From a bacterium (lineage in GTDB: Bacteria > CLD3 > SB21), in assembly GCA_019695335.1 (NCBI GenBank), contig JAIBAF010000011.1, forward strand, positions 13,277 through 77,276: a DNA stretch of 64,000 bases, given 5' to 3'. Below, one piece after another: positions 53,176-63,863 of this stretch (its first letter is position 1; each line of letters starts with the position of its first letter). A model generated the notes under the pieces. It saw only the letters and a program-made list of their open reading frames with translations. It was not told the origin of the DNA and searched no databases. The position numbers were made by a program, and so were the translations under genes.

Positions 53176-54659
53176 ACCGCCTGCTCTCCGAATTAATTGC
53201 TTCCCAACCGCTTGTCATTACTATCAAAGGTCCAACGGACGTTGCCGTCGCCGGATTCAATAGCGATTCACGATTCATTCGCCCTCAAGAAATGTTTTTT
53301 GCAATAACCGGCGAACAGCGTGACGGTAATGCATTTATCGAAAATGCGCTCGCCAAAGGGGCTTCGGTCATTGTCTCGCAACACATGCCTCAGCTGATTC
53401 GGCCAAACATTGCTTACATCCATGTCAGCGATATCCATCAATTTATGGCCGAAACGGCCATAAAATTTTATCAAACCGATACTATCAACATGACGATGAT
53501 CGGCGTGACCGGCACCAATGGCAAAACAACTATTGCCACCATGATTCACCATCTTTTAACATCCTTTTCGCAATCGTCCGTCTTCATCGGTACAACAGGA
53601 ATTTATGTCGCCGGTACTTATTATCCGACGGATTACACGACTCCGCCGGCATTCGAAATTCATCGAATTATCCGGGAAGGTTATGATCGCGGTGCAAAAT
53701 TTTTAGTCATGGAAGTATCGTCGCATGCTCTCAAACTCAAACGCGTCTGGGGAATGGCTTTCGATGCTGCGATTTTTACCAACCTGACACACGAACACCG
53801 CGAATTACATCCGACGATGGATGATTATTTTCAGGCCAAATCGCAACTATTCGATATGATCAAACCCACCGGCTTTATGGTGATTAATACTGACGATCCT
53901 TACGGCGGAAAAATTTTTCAGCGCGGCAAAGCTCTGCGACGGATATCGTTTGATTACGGAAAAGCAGCCGACACTTTTAAATTGACAGGATCGCAATTCG
54001 ATCCGACAACCCGTCTTCAAAAAGTTCAAATAACGTACGAACGCTCACAGTTGATTCTTCAAACGCGTTTGATCGGCGAATACAACGCGTATAACATGTT
54101 GGCGGTTTATGCGACCATGATACGCCTTGGCTTTGATTCGAAAAAAATCCTGTCCGAACTTCCCATATTGCCGGGTGTTGACGGGCGATTTGAGTGGCTG
54201 GACGCCGACAATTTCAGTGTCGTTATCGATTTTGCTCACACTCCTGACGGCCTTGAAAAACTGTTGACCGCCGTAGACTCCATTCGGGGCAATGGCCGGA
54301 TCATTACGATTTTTGGTTGCCCCGGCAGCCGCGATCCTTCCAAACGTCCGTTAATGGGAGCTATTGCATCGCGATTATCGGATTTGGTTATTGTCACAAC
54401 CGATGATGTTCACTTTGAAGAGCCCACCGCAATTATTCGGGACATCATTGCAGGTATGACAACGGATCGTTATAAGGTGATCGAAGACCGGAGATTAGCA
54501 ATAGCGGAAGGGATAAAAACAGCACAGGCCGGAGACATTGTGGTTATTGCAGGAAGAGGACACGAACGATTTCAATATATCAAGGATGAAAAGAAACCAT
54601 TCGTCGATAAAGAAGTTTTAAAAGAAGAGGCCGCAAAACTTCAATTGGCCATAAACTAA
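53172..54659 (+). CDS. murE: UDP-N-acetylmuramoyl-L-alanyl-D-glutamate--2,6-diaminopimelate ligase
   Basis: Mur ligase P-loop GVTGTNGKTT and DNPR-like motif (DDPY). The ATG overlaps the MCP stop (ATGA). Confidence 0.9.
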   Translation: MNRLLSELIASQPLVITIKGPTDVAVAGFNSDSRFIRPQEMFFAITGEQRDGNAFIENALAKGASVIVSQHMPQLIRPNIAYIHVSDIHQFMAETAIKFYQTDTINMTMIGVTGTNGKTTIATMIHHLLTSFSQSSVFIGTTGIYVAGTYYPTDYTTPPAFEIHRIIREGYDRGAKFLVMEVSSHALKLKRVWGMAFDAAIFTNLTHEHRELHPTMDDYFQAKSQLFDMIKPTGFMVINTDDPYGGKIFQRGKALRRISFDYGKAADTFKLTGSQFDPTTRLQKVQITYERSQLILQTRLIGEYNAYNMLAVYATMIRLGFDSKKILSELPILPGVDGRFEWLDADNFSVVIDFAHTPDGLEKLLTAVDSIRGNGRIITIFGCPGSRDPSKRPLMGAIASRLSDLVIVTTDDVHFEEPTAIIRDIIAGMTTDRYKVIEDRRLAIAEGIKTAQAGDIVVIAGRGHERFQYIKDEKKPFVDKEVLKEEAAKLQLAIN

Positions 54660-54686
54660 AAAACCGGGCGAACCCGGTTTTTTCTT
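54655..54686. terminator. Bidirectional hairpin terminator between murE and rpsT
   Basis: A-run, then CCGGGCG aa CCCGG, then T-run. Confidence 0.5.
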
Positions 54687-54939
54687 AAGCCATTGCTTGA
54701 ACTTTTTTGGCAACTTTTGATTTGGTATTGGCTGCTTTATTGCGGTGCAGGATACCTTTTACAACCATCTTATCTACCAAACTCACGAAAGCATTCAAAC
54801 TTTCCGTTGCGGCTTTTTTATCTTTCGCCGAAGTAACCGCTTTTAAAGACGTTTTCAACAAGCTTTTATAGTGACGGTTTTTACTATTGTCGCGCTCATT
54901 GCGACGGACACGTTCTTCAGCCGACTTGTGATTAGGCAT
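54685..54939 (-). CDS. rpsT: 30S ribosomal protein S20
   Basis: MPNHKSAEERVRRNERDNSKNRHYKS..., 84 aa. Confidence 0.9.
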   Translation of the reverse strand: MPNHKSAEERVRRNERDNSKNRHYKSLLKTSLKAVTSAKDKKAATESLNAFVSLVDKMVVKGILHRNKAANTKSKVAKKVQAMA

Positions 54940-55141
54940 GCGAGATGCTCCTGTATGGTTTTATTTATATTTAATTTCTTAACTTTCAGTCTTTATCTTA
55001 AGGGACGGCAATATAAACAACTCATTGTGGATTGTCAAACTAAAAATTGTTACCATTTTTTAGTTGAACTCTTTGATGGAAATTCTATATTTTCAAAGGT
55101 TCTTAAAGAATTCCCTTCATACACACACTAACATTATTTGC

Positions 55142-56938
55142 ATGAAATATTCCTGGTCACTGGCATTATGCCTTTTTACCGTATCCCTCCTTGCTCAAAA
55201 CGATCCAAACGAAAAAAAACTTTTTAACCAGGCTTTGCAAGCTTATCAAGCTCACCGCTATGATGAATCCTTGCACTCCCTTCAGAATCTGCTCGAACAG
55301 TATCCATCGGGTTCTTACACTTCGGCATCGTTATTACTATTATCAAAAACATACAGCCAGACCGGACTGATGCAGCGCTCCGCACAAACGGCATCGTTAC
55401 TTTTAGAGAAATTTCCAAAATCCGATTACCGCGACGACGCATTGCTTCAATTAGCACAGGCTGACTATGAATCGCGTCAATACGAAAGTGCAATCAAGAA
55501 GCTAACGGAAATTAAAAATTCAAAAAATAAGCAAGCATCCGAAGAAGCTGCGCTTATACTCGACCAGATGATACAGTATTCGCTGTCGTCGCAGGAGATT
55601 GCTCCGCTCGTTTCTACTAACAATGATCTGCAATTATTCTACGCACGAAAACTTATTTCCATCGAACGTTATCGAAAAGCCTCATCAATTCTTGAAGAAT
55701 TTATCAAACTCAATCCGAAGCATGACGATATCAAAATTGCAAAAGCTTTGTTGAAAGAAGCCGATGAGAAAAATGACGGACCTGTAGTGATCGGATTGAT
55801 CGTATCTCTAAGCGGTCCTTATGCCGAAATCGGTAAATCGGTCAAAAACGGAGTCGAACTGGCGATTGCGAAATACAATGAATCCAATAAGATTAAAATT
55901 GAATTGATCACGTATGACGATCGATCCGATATCGTGCAATGTATTAAAGCGGCTCAAGCTTTGACGGACAATCCTTCGATCAGCCTGATCATCGGGCCGG
56001 CAGAAAGTACGATGATGGCCGCAGCAGCAGTCGTAGCCAATTTTCGTCATATGCCAATGATCTCTCCTACCGCCACACAGTCCGACCTAACGGACATTGG
56101 CGCGTATATTTATCAGGCCAATGTGGACGTTGAAACACGCAGCAGGGCGATCGCACGGTATGCCGTTCAGAAAATGGGACTTAAAAAGTTTGCAATCCTT
56201 GCTCCGTCGGATGCTTACGGAGAAACTGCAACTACTAGTTTTTCTGCTGCAGTAGAATCTTTTGGTGGCCACGTCGTCGTATCACAAAAATTTTATGATA
56301 ATACGCAGGATTACCGCGCTCAGATTACGACGATTCGCAAACTTGGGCTCATCGATCAGGTTAATGGTGCTATCAGTAAAGGCGTTTGGAGTATTCAACA
56401 AATCGATTCTATTTACAACCGTTACTTTCCCGTTGATCCTGATAACCCAGAAGATTTTAAAACACCTCTGACGAATATCGACGCCGTTTTTCTTCCGATC
56501 TACTCCGATGATATCAAATATATCGCGCCGCAACTTGCCTTCTATAATATTAAAACACAATTACTCGGCGGCGATAATTGGTACGATCTGACCGAACTCA
56601 AACTGCAACAAAATTATGTTAACGGAGCGATTTTTATTTCGGAATATTTTGTTAATAACGGCGAAACGCGAACTAAAAATTTTCTGCAAGCCTACCGTCA
56701 AAAATTCGGATACGATGCCGGAAGGGAAGGAGTGTACGGGTATGATCTGATGGAGTTGATTTCAGAAATCATCAAAAAAGGAAACTATTTATCTGAAGAT
56801 ATTCAGGCCGAACTCGAAAAAGGGATCGAGTGGAACGGCATTCATAATACTATCCGATTCTCAAAAGATTCCCGCGCCAATACGTCGGTTCATCTTTTGC
56901 AATTTCAAAGCGGCGCCGTATCTAAATTAAAAGAATAA
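55142..56938 (+). CDS. Periplasmic TPR-repeat protein fused to a type-1 periplasmic-binding-protein (Leu/Ile/Val-BP-like) domain; LpoA-like architecture
   Basis: Signal peptide MKYSWSLALCLFTVSLLAQ. TPR-like helices in the N-terminal ~230 aa, then a PBP1 fold (VVIGLIVSLSGPYAEIGKSVKNGVELAI...). Start placed at the internal ATG that has the signal peptide. Confidence 0.7.
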   Translation: MKYSWSLALCLFTVSLLAQNDPNEKKLFNQALQAYQAHRYDESLHSLQNLLEQYPSGSYTSASLLLLSKTYSQTGLMQRSAQTASLLLEKFPKSDYRDDALLQLAQADYESRQYESAIKKLTEIKNSKNKQASEEAALILDQMIQYSLSSQEIAPLVSTNNDLQLFYARKLISIERYRKASSILEEFIKLNPKHDDIKIAKALLKEADEKNDGPVVIGLIVSLSGPYAEIGKSVKNGVELAIAKYNESNKIKIELITYDDRSDIVQCIKAAQALTDNPSISLIIGPAESTMMAAAAVVANFRHMPMISPTATQSDLTDIGAYIYQANVDVETRSRAIARYAVQKMGLKKFAILAPSDAYGETATTSFSAAVESFGGHVVVSQKFYDNTQDYRAQITTIRKLGLIDQVNGAISKGVWSIQQIDSIYNRYFPVDPDNPEDFKTPLTNIDAVFLPIYSDDIKYIAPQLAFYNIKTQLLGGDNWYDLTELKLQQNYVNGAIFISEYFVNNGETRTKNFLQAYRQKFGYDAGREGVYGYDLMELISEIIKKGNYLSEDIQAELEKGIEWNGIHNTIRFSKDSRANTSVHLLQFQSGAVSKLKE

Positions 56939-56959
56939 AATCACCATCATCGTAGCGTC

Positions 56960-59900
56960 ATGTCTAATCGATTCATGTTTTTTTTATTCACGCTTTTAGT
57001 GTGGATCCCGGGGCTTCAGTCGGCCCCTACGGATAGTTTGACCATTACAGAAGTCATGTTCGACCCTTCCGGAAGTGAAACCACTGATGAATTCATAGAA
57101 GTTTATAATTACAGTAAGACGCTGACTTATGATTTGTCGAACTGGATTATATCCGATAGCGCCGGGGGAAACGACTCAGATAAAGTAATAGGCACCACGG
57201 AAGGCACTCTGCTTTATCCCGGGCAATTTGCAATTATTTTTGACACTGACTACTCCATCTCATCAGGGCTTTATAGAAATATAATTCCTGATACAGCGCG
57301 GATTCTAAAAATTCAGGGCACTACTTTTGGTTCGGGAGGATTGAATAATTCAGCATCCGAAACGGTGATGCTCATCAAAACTTTTCCACGAGATACTATC
57401 GCTAGATACCGTTATTCGCTCGGTAACACGGAAGGTTTTTCAGATGAAAAAATTAACTTAGTCAATGACGACGCACCAAACAATTGGACGAATAGTATTT
57501 TTTTACTAGGTACTCCCGGCGCGCCGCCGGAAACCGACCTTTCGATCAAATCCAGCCCGCTTCAATTTAATCCTCTTTCTCCGCCAACGGGCAATTCGGT
57601 TCAAATTTCCGCAAACATTAAAAATATCGGTATATACAACGTCGAGACTTTTAAAATAAAATTTTATGAGGATCTGAATGCCAATTATTCGGCCGATCCT
57701 TCGGAAGCAATTGATTCTGTCACTTCTGAAACACTTCTCAATCGCGGCGACTCGGCTATAGTTTCGATAACGACCAATCCGTTGTCGGCGGGAAAGCATA
57801 TTTATATGGCTCAAATCGTCGGCGACAGTACATTGCCCTCTATGGACACGGTATTGGCCAATAATGTTATTATCGATTCGCTTGAAACTATTCCGGCTTT
57901 CGACGTCGCCGTTGTTCCAATGAATTTTTCTCCGCTAGTTCCTGTGGCCGGTGGATCATTGCAAATTAATGTTCCAATCAAAAATTTGGGCGTGAATGCC
58001 ATTAATGGATTTACTGCCAACCTCTATGAAGATTTAAATAAAAATTTAATCGCCGACATTGATGAATTAAAAAACACTGAAAATTATTCAGGCAATTTCG
58101 CCTCGGGTGATTCAACCATCATTTCATTTTCAGTTTTAAATGTTACCCTTGGCAAACATTATTACATTGTTGAAATTCCAATTAATAGTTTAAACCCCTC
58201 GCCTGATGAAAAAGCTACCAATAATTCGCGCCGCGACTCGATTGTAGTTTCGGCTGCTCCGGGTTCTATTGTCGTTAATGAATTTCTTTACAATGCTATT
58301 TCCGGCGAAATTCCCGAATGGGTGGAATTATTCAACCGAACCGACAACGACATCAGCCTCCAATCGTGGAAAATTGGTGACTCCTCTTCGGTCATTATGC
58401 TCACCAATAAAGCTGACAGTCTGCGCGCCGGACACTATGCCGTAATTATCCAGGACTCGACATCCTTTCATCAGCATTATGGCACATTAGACAATGCCAT
58501 CAAAAGAATTTATTTATCGGGGTTACCTTCCCTGAACAACGGCGGCGACGTTGTAAAAATCATCACTCCGACCGGCATTACAATCGATAGCGTACGTTTC
58601 CGTTCCGGTTGGGGTGGAGGCGTCGGAATATCGCTTGAACGAAGGCTCGCCGACAGCGCTTCGAACAGTGTCACGAATTGGAAATCAACTACAGCAATTA
58701 TTGGCGGCACTCCCGGGACAGAAAATACAGCCACACCGGCCAGCTACGATTTGAGCATATCGGCAGCGGATATCACTTTCTCGCCAGGTTTTCCTATATT
58801 CGGGCAAGTCTTCACCATTTTCAGCAAAGTACACAATGTCGGATTGCTGGCCAGCGAAAATTTTAGCGTCAATGTATTCAGGATTGCCGGAGCGGATACA
58901 ACTATACTCTTGCAACAGAATGTAGTCCTACTAGCTGCGGGCGACTCGCTCATTACAATGATCAACGATACAGCACAAGCAGGCCGAATCATTTTTGTTC
59001 GAATTGACTATAATGCCGATCAACGCGCGCAAAATAATTCTGCGTCGCATTCCCTTTTAATAGGAACAAGACGATCAAGCATCATCATCAACGAAATTAA
59101 TTATGTTCCCGGCACCGGCGCGACCGAATGGATTGAATTATATAACCCGGGTCCCGATACTATTGATTTAAAAAAATGGACCATCGCTGACGGCAATTCC
59201 GATCAGACCAACTTTGCAACGAAAATTACAATTACCAACCCCTCCTCACCTATTTATCCAGGAGAATATGTTGTCGTTGGTAAAGACTCCAACCAGTTTA
59301 ATTTAAAATTTCCGAATGTGTCAAAAAAGCTTTTCATTTCATCATTCCCAACGCTGAATAATAGCGGCGATATGATTGGCCTTTTCGACAGCGTAGGTGC
59401 GGTCATTGATAGTTTGATGTACGAATCGAAATGGGGCGGGTCAACAGATGTTTCACTTGAACGCATCAGCGCTGCCGGGAATTCATATTCATCGGCCAAT
59501 TGGCATTCTTCTATAAATCCATTCGGAGCTACTCCCGGGAAAATCAATAGCGTCACACCGGTCCCGCTCGATATCGCTTTATTCAAAAAAGACATTACAT
59601 TTTCGCCGGCGCATCCGGCTGTTGGCGAACCCGTTTCGATTCACGCTCTTATCCGAAACATCGGTTTACAGCCCATCACAGCATCATTTACCGTCACGGC
59701 ATTTTACGACGGCAATAACAACAATCTGCCGGAAACCACTGAGGAAATATCTCATCAATCGTTTAATAATCTCGCTGAAAACGACTCCATGGTAATTACG
59801 TTTGCGTGGACAACGCCTGGAGTTTCCGGAGTTTCGCCGCAAATTTTCGTGGTCATTGATTTTACCGATGATCAGAGAATAGAAAATAATTCGGCCTTCC

Positions 59901-61231
59901 AAAATCTCAGTTTCGGTGTCCAATCTTTTTCTGTTGTGATCAATGAGTTTTTGTATGAACCTGACTCGACTCAATCGGAATTTGTAGAAATTTATAATCG
60001 CAGCGATGAGATTCTGAACTTAAGGAATTGGAAAATCGGCGATGCATCCGGACAGAAAACAATTGTTACGAACGATTATTGGCTTTTTCCTCAATCGTTT
60101 AGAATTCTGACTTCGGATACGGCATTTCATTCAAAATTTCAAAAAAAATCTTTACCCAAAAATGCTGCCATTCCGGATAGTTTGATTATCGTTATTCCAT
60201 CAATGCCAAGCCTGAACAATACGGATGACGCCGTTTATCTGGCCGACTCTGTCGGAGTAGTGGTCGATAGCGTTTATTATTTCAGTTCGTGGGGCGGAAG
60301 GAAAGGCATAAGCATTGAACGAATTGACATCGGCGGCCTTTCCAACGATCCCGGCAATTGGACGACGTGTGTGGCTGCTCAGGGATCGACTCCAGGACAA
60401 CTCAATAGCATTTTATCAGCCACTCCTTTTCCGGAGCATTCGCTCATTATCAATGAAATCATGTTCAGTTCGTTTTCAGATGAACCGGAATACATTGAGT
60501 TATATAATCCCGGAGATTCAGCCATATCTTTGTCAAACTGGGTATTGCAAATTAATGACGATAAGATGCTTATTACGCAATCATCAGTTTCAGTAGCCCC
60601 GAAAGCATACATTGTCATAGCACAAAACAAAACCTTTTCAGACCGATTTGATCTCAATACGGACCGGATCATCGTTCCTTCTTCATGGAAAACTTTACAA
60701 AATACAGGCGCAAGAATTATCCTTCGAGATTGGATCGGATCAGCAATCGACAGCGTCGACTATCTGGCGTCGTGGGGCGGCGGCGAGGGTATCGCTCTTG
60801 AAAAGATTAATCCAACGGCTAATGCAAGTCAAGCTGTTAACTGGGGCTCTTGCGTCTTTATCGAAGGCGGTACTCCGGGTGAAGTCAACAGTATTTTTGC
60901 CGGTGGACAGCAACCGAAAAAAATTAAACTCAGCGCTACACCGAATCCTTTTTTCATCGATCGTAACGAAGAAACAAAAATTATTATTGAACTACCGGTT
61001 ACACAAGCACGCGTCACTCTGAAAATTTATGACCATCAAGGTCGTCACATTCGAACGCTGCTCAATAATGCACCAACAGGTGTTTATAGAGAAGTGTCTT
61101 GGGATGGGAAAGATCAGCAGAACCGTTTTGTCAGGATGGGAATTTATGTTATGTATCTTGAGGTCATTGACGAAATTACAGGATTCAATAAAAATGCAAA
61201 AAAAACGGTGGTGGTTGGAAGGAAATTGTGA
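56960..61231 (+). CDS. Giant secreted protein (1423 aa) with repeated lamin-tail domains, CARDB/Ig-like domains, and a C-terminal Ig-like (FlgD-Ig/T9SS-like) tail
   Basis: Signal peptide. At least 5 LTD repeats (ITEVMFDPSG..EFIEVYNYS, VVNEFLYNA..EWVELFNRTD, IINEINYVPG..EWIELYNPGPD, VINEFLYEPD..EFVEIYNRSDE, IINEIMFSSF..EYIELYNPGDS), each followed by SWGG. C-terminus ...RVTLKIYDHQGRHIRTL...GIYVMYLEV. Confidence 0.75.
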   Translation: MSNRFMFFLFTLLVWIPGLQSAPTDSLTITEVMFDPSGSETTDEFIEVYNYSKTLTYDLSNWIISDSAGGNDSDKVIGTTEGTLLYPGQFAIIFDTDYSISSGLYRNIIPDTARILKIQGTTFGSGGLNNSASETVMLIKTFPRDTIARYRYSLGNTEGFSDEKINLVNDDAPNNWTNSIFLLGTPGAPPETDLSIKSSPLQFNPLSPPTGNSVQISANIKNIGIYNVETFKIKFYEDLNANYSADPSEAIDSVTSETLLNRGDSAIVSITTNPLSAGKHIYMAQIVGDSTLPSMDTVLANNVIIDSLETIPAFDVAVVPMNFSPLVPVAGGSLQINVPIKNLGVNAINGFTANLYEDLNKNLIADIDELKNTENYSGNFASGDSTIISFSVLNVTLGKHYYIVEIPINSLNPSPDEKATNNSRRDSIVVSAAPGSIVVNEFLYNAISGEIPEWVELFNRTDNDISLQSWKIGDSSSVIMLTNKADSLRAGHYAVIIQDSTSFHQHYGTLDNAIKRIYLSGLPSLNNGGDVVKIITPTGITIDSVRFRSGWGGGVGISLERRLADSASNSVTNWKSTTAIIGGTPGTENTATPASYDLSISAADITFSPGFPIFGQVFTIFSKVHNVGLLASENFSVNVFRIAGADTTILLQQNVVLLAAGDSLITMINDTAQAGRIIFVRIDYNADQRAQNNSASHSLLIGTRRSSIIINEINYVPGTGATEWIELYNPGPDTIDLKKWTIADGNSDQTNFATKITITNPSSPIYPGEYVVVGKDSNQFNLKFPNVSKKLFISSFPTLNNSGDMIGLFDSVGAVIDSLMYESKWGGSTDVSLERISAAGNSYSSANWHSSINPFGATPGKINSVTPVPLDIALFKKDITFSPAHPAVGEPVSIHALIRNIGLQPITASFTVTAFYDGNNNNLPETTEEISHQSFNNLAENDSMVITFAWTTPGVSGVSPQIFVVIDFTDDQRIENNSAFQNLSFGVQSFSVVINEFLYEPDSTQSEFVEIYNRSDEILNLRNWKIGDASGQKTIVTNDYWLFPQSFRILTSDTAFHSKFQKKSLPKNAAIPDSLIIVIPSMPSLNNTDDAVYLADSVGVVVDSVYYFSSWGGRKGISIERIDIGGLSNDPGNWTTCVAAQGSTPGQLNSILSATPFPEHSLIINEIMFSSFSDEPEYIELYNPGDSAISLSNWVLQINDDKMLITQSSVSVAPKAYIVIAQNKTFSDRFDLNTDRIIVPSSWKTLQNTGARIILRDWIGSAIDSVDYLASWGGGEGIALEKINPTANASQAVNWGSCVFIEGGTPGEVNSIFAGGQQPKKIKLSATPNPFFIDRNEETKIIIELPVTQARVTLKIYDHQGRHIRTLLNNAPTGVYREVSWDGKDQQNRFVRMGIYVMYLEVIDEITGFNKNAKKTVVVGRKL

Positions 61232-61249
61232 TCACATTAAAAATAGCCC

Positions 61250-61290
61250 GATAAAAAAACGCTGCGAGCATCTGACTGCAGCGTTTTTTA
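61250..61290. terminator. Hairpin terminator between convergent genes
   Basis: A-run, then AACGCTGC...GCAGCGTT, then TTTTAT. Confidence 0.5.
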
Positions 61291-61311
61291 TTTTCTTATG
61301 AATTCGAATAA

Positions 61312-61794
61312 CTAATGATGGTGCCCTCCGGCTCCGTGAACATGGCCATGACTGAGTTCTTCAGCGGTAGCTGGTCTTACGTTGACTACGGCCACATCGA
61401 AATTCAATGTCATGTCAGCCAGAGGATGATTCCCGTCAAGTGTTACTTCATCGTCCGTGACTTCCACCACCGTCATGACACGCGGCCCTTCGGCGGTTTG
61501 GATTTGAAATTGATTTCCTATTTCAACGCCTTCCATGTCCCCGAACGCACTCATAGGCACTACCTGCATCAGTGATTCTTCCCAAATACCGTAAGCATCT
61601 TCCGGTGGAATCGATACTTTGAATATGTCGCCTGCAACGCGTCCTTCCATGGCCGTTTCCAATCCGGTAATAATATTACCAATACCCTGAATATAGGATA
61701 ACGGTTCATGACCTTTCGAAGTATCCAAAATTTCGCCGTCGTCGTTAGTAAGCGTGTAGTCGATCGTCACAACCGTATTTTTTGCTACTTGCAT
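61312..61794 (-). CDS. slyD: FKBP-type peptidyl-prolyl cis-trans isomerase SlyD
   Basis: MQVAKNTVVTIDYTLTNDDGEILDTS... FKBP fold, IF domain, and a His-rich tail HGHVHGAGGHHH. The track ORF extends upstream via a TTG into htrA; the internal ATG was chosen instead. Confidence 0.8.
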   Translation of the reverse strand: MQVAKNTVVTIDYTLTNDDGEILDTSKGHEPLSYIQGIGNIITGLETAMEGRVAGDIFKVSIPPEDAYGIWEESLMQVVPMSAFGDMEGVEIGNQFQIQTAEGPRVMTVVEVTDDEVTLDGNHPLADMTLNFDVAVVNVRPATAEELSHGHVHGAGGHHH

Positions 61795-61810
61795 GATAAA
61801 ACCTTCCGAA

Positions 61811-62911
61811 TTAAGACGCTTTTCCAAGCGTCAGTTTAGCCTTAAATTTTTTCTTTTCGCGAACAATTTCCATATCCACTACGTCACCAACGCGTAAATC
61901 ATCTCCGAGAATGATTTTTTGAAAGTCGTATTCATTGTTTACGTTTTTCCCGTTCATCGTCAGAATCACATCGCTAACCTTCAAACCTGATTTTTCAGCC
62001 GGACCGTTTTTTTCGACTTCTGATACCACAATGCCGCGAACATCGCCAACCCCGAGGTATTGCGCAATCATACGATCAACCGACTGATACTTGAATCCCA
62101 TTGTAAATGTCCGGTCAACGGCACCCTTTTCTTTCAGCTCCTTCAGAATTTTATTGATACGATTGATAGGAATGGCAAAACCGATTCCAATGCTGGTTTT
62201 TGCATTGGTACTTCCGCTATAGATAAACGTGTTAATTCCTATCACTTCACCAAGCGCATTCACCAACGGACCGCCGCTATTGCCGCCGTTAATGGCCGCA
62301 TCTGTTTGGATCATGTTCTGATAAACATGCTGGCCGTCTACCATGCCGAAATCCCGTTGCGTAGCGCTGATGACGCCCACCGTTACCGTCGGCTGGTTGT
62401 TAATATCAAAAAGACCGAACGGGTTTCCCAGAGCAATCACCCATTCGCCGATAATCAAATCGTCGGAATCGCCGAATTTCAGAAACGTTAATTTTCTATC
62501 GGGATTAACTTTTAACAGCGCAAGATCAGTCGTTTGATCTAAGCCGACGATTTGCGCAGGATATTTAGAGCCATCAGTCAGCGTAATCAAAATTTCTACT
62601 GCACCTTCGACAACGTGCTGGTTCGTCAAAATATATCCGTCTTCGGAAATAATAAATCCCGACCCCAAACCCTTCACTTTATCGTAATATTTCTGCTTAG
62701 GAAAAAATTGACTGAAAAATTCGTCATTGAAAAACGGATTGCGATACGTGTACTCTTTGATTGAAACCACATTGATACCTACGACGGCCGGAACGACTTT
62801 TTTAATCGCGCGCGTCAATGCGTTTTGCCGTGAAAACGTCACATCATCCTGTGAAACAACAGACATGACGGACACAATCAGAAAAACCAATCCGAAAAAC
62901 AAGCGTTTCAT
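61811..62911 (-). CDS. htrA: Periplasmic serine endoprotease, HtrA/DegP/DegS family (trypsin-like domain plus one PDZ)
   Basis: Catalytic triad context (TNQHVV, D, GNSGGPL) and a C-terminal PDZ domain. Confidence 0.85.
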   Translation of the reverse strand: MKRLFFGLVFLIVSVMSVVSQDDVTFSRQNALTRAIKKVVPAVVGINVVSIKEYTYRNPFFNDEFFSQFFPKQKYYDKVKGLGSGFIISEDGYILTNQHVVEGAVEILITLTDGSKYPAQIVGLDQTTDLALLKVNPDRKLTFLKFGDSDDLIIGEWVIALGNPFGLFDINNQPTVTVGVISATQRDFGMVDGQHVYQNMIQTDAAINGGNSGGPLVNALGEVIGINTFIYSGSTNAKTSIGIGFAIPINRINKILKELKEKGAVDRTFTMGFKYQSVDRMIAQYLGVGDVRGIVVSEVEKNGPAEKSGLKVSDVILTMNGKNVNNEYDFQKIILGDDLRVGDVVDMEIVREKKKFKAKLTLGKAS

Positions 62912-63009
62912 AAATACTCTACCTCAATTAAAAATAAAAATGCGTTCGATGATTCAACGACCAAATACATTTCAAAGTTTCAACCTATCGAACGCACGTA
63001 AATGATTAA

Positions 63010-63663
63010 CTATTTTCCGCTTTTCATTTTTTCCCAGTCAGACAAGAATTTTTTCAATCCAATATCCGTCAACGGATGTTGAATCAATTGTTCGATCACT
63101 TTAAACGGCATAGTACAGACATGAGCGCCGATTTGGCAAGCTTCGACGACATGCATCGGATGCCGCACGCTGGCCACCAACACTTGCGTTTTATAATCAT
63201 AATTGTGGTACACCGTAACAATTTCCTGGATCAGTTGCATACCGTCGGTGCTGATATCATCTAAACGACCCACAAACGGACTGACAAACGTCGCGCCGGC
63301 TTTGGCCGCAAGCAGCGCCTGGTTCGGCGAAAAACACAGCGTAACATTAGTCTTAATGCCTTCCGACGTGAAAATTTTACACGCCTGCAATCCGGTCTTG
63401 ATCAGCGGTAATTTGACGGTTATGTTGGAATGGAGTTTAGCGAGTTCATGACCTTCTTTCAAAATACCGTCAAGATCGGTGCTAACAACTTCGGCCGAAA
63501 TTGGACCGTCAACGATCTTACAGATTTCCTTGAGTAATTCGATAAAATTGACATTTTTTTCTTTGGCTACAAGCGAAGGATTGGTTGTGACGCCATCCAA
63601 TACGCCTAAGGATGCGGCTTCGCGAATTTCGTCCAAATTCGCGGTATCAATGAAAAACTTCAT
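63010..63663 (-). CDS. tal: Transaldolase / fructose-6-phosphate aldolase family (short MipB/TalC type)
   Basis: [31 protein letters not shown] with the Schiff-base Lys region. 217 aa. Confidence 0.85.
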   Translation of the reverse strand: MKFFIDTANLDEIREAASLGVLDGVTTNPSLVAKEKNVNFIELLKEICKIVDGPISAEVVSTDLDGILKEGHELAKLHSNITVKLPLIKTGLQACKIFTSEGIKTNVTLCFSPNQALLAAKAGATFVSPFVGRLDDISTDGMQLIQEIVTVYHNYDYKTQVLVASVRHPMHVVEACQIGAHVCTMPFKVIEQLIQHPLTDIGLKKFLSDWEKMKSGK

Positions 63664-63863
63664 AATCCACTCCTTTTATTATATTTGTATTTATGTTTTA
63701 AATTTTTATGGGTCTTCAGAAGTTTCACGAAATTAAACTATTCCATTCTGTAATGCAAGGGATTATTCCGATGAAACATGAAGTTTGAGCATCCGATGCA
63801 TCTTTCACTCTTTCCTTCCATAATTTTTTTACTTATGTTCACGCACTTAAACGAAAGCGACCC

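Noticed and set aside
61795-61827. Extended slyD start overlapping the htrA 3' end
   Set aside because: The extension begins at a TTG immediately after an in-frame stop and lacks an RBS. The internal ATG (MQVAKN...) matches canonical SlyD N-termini.
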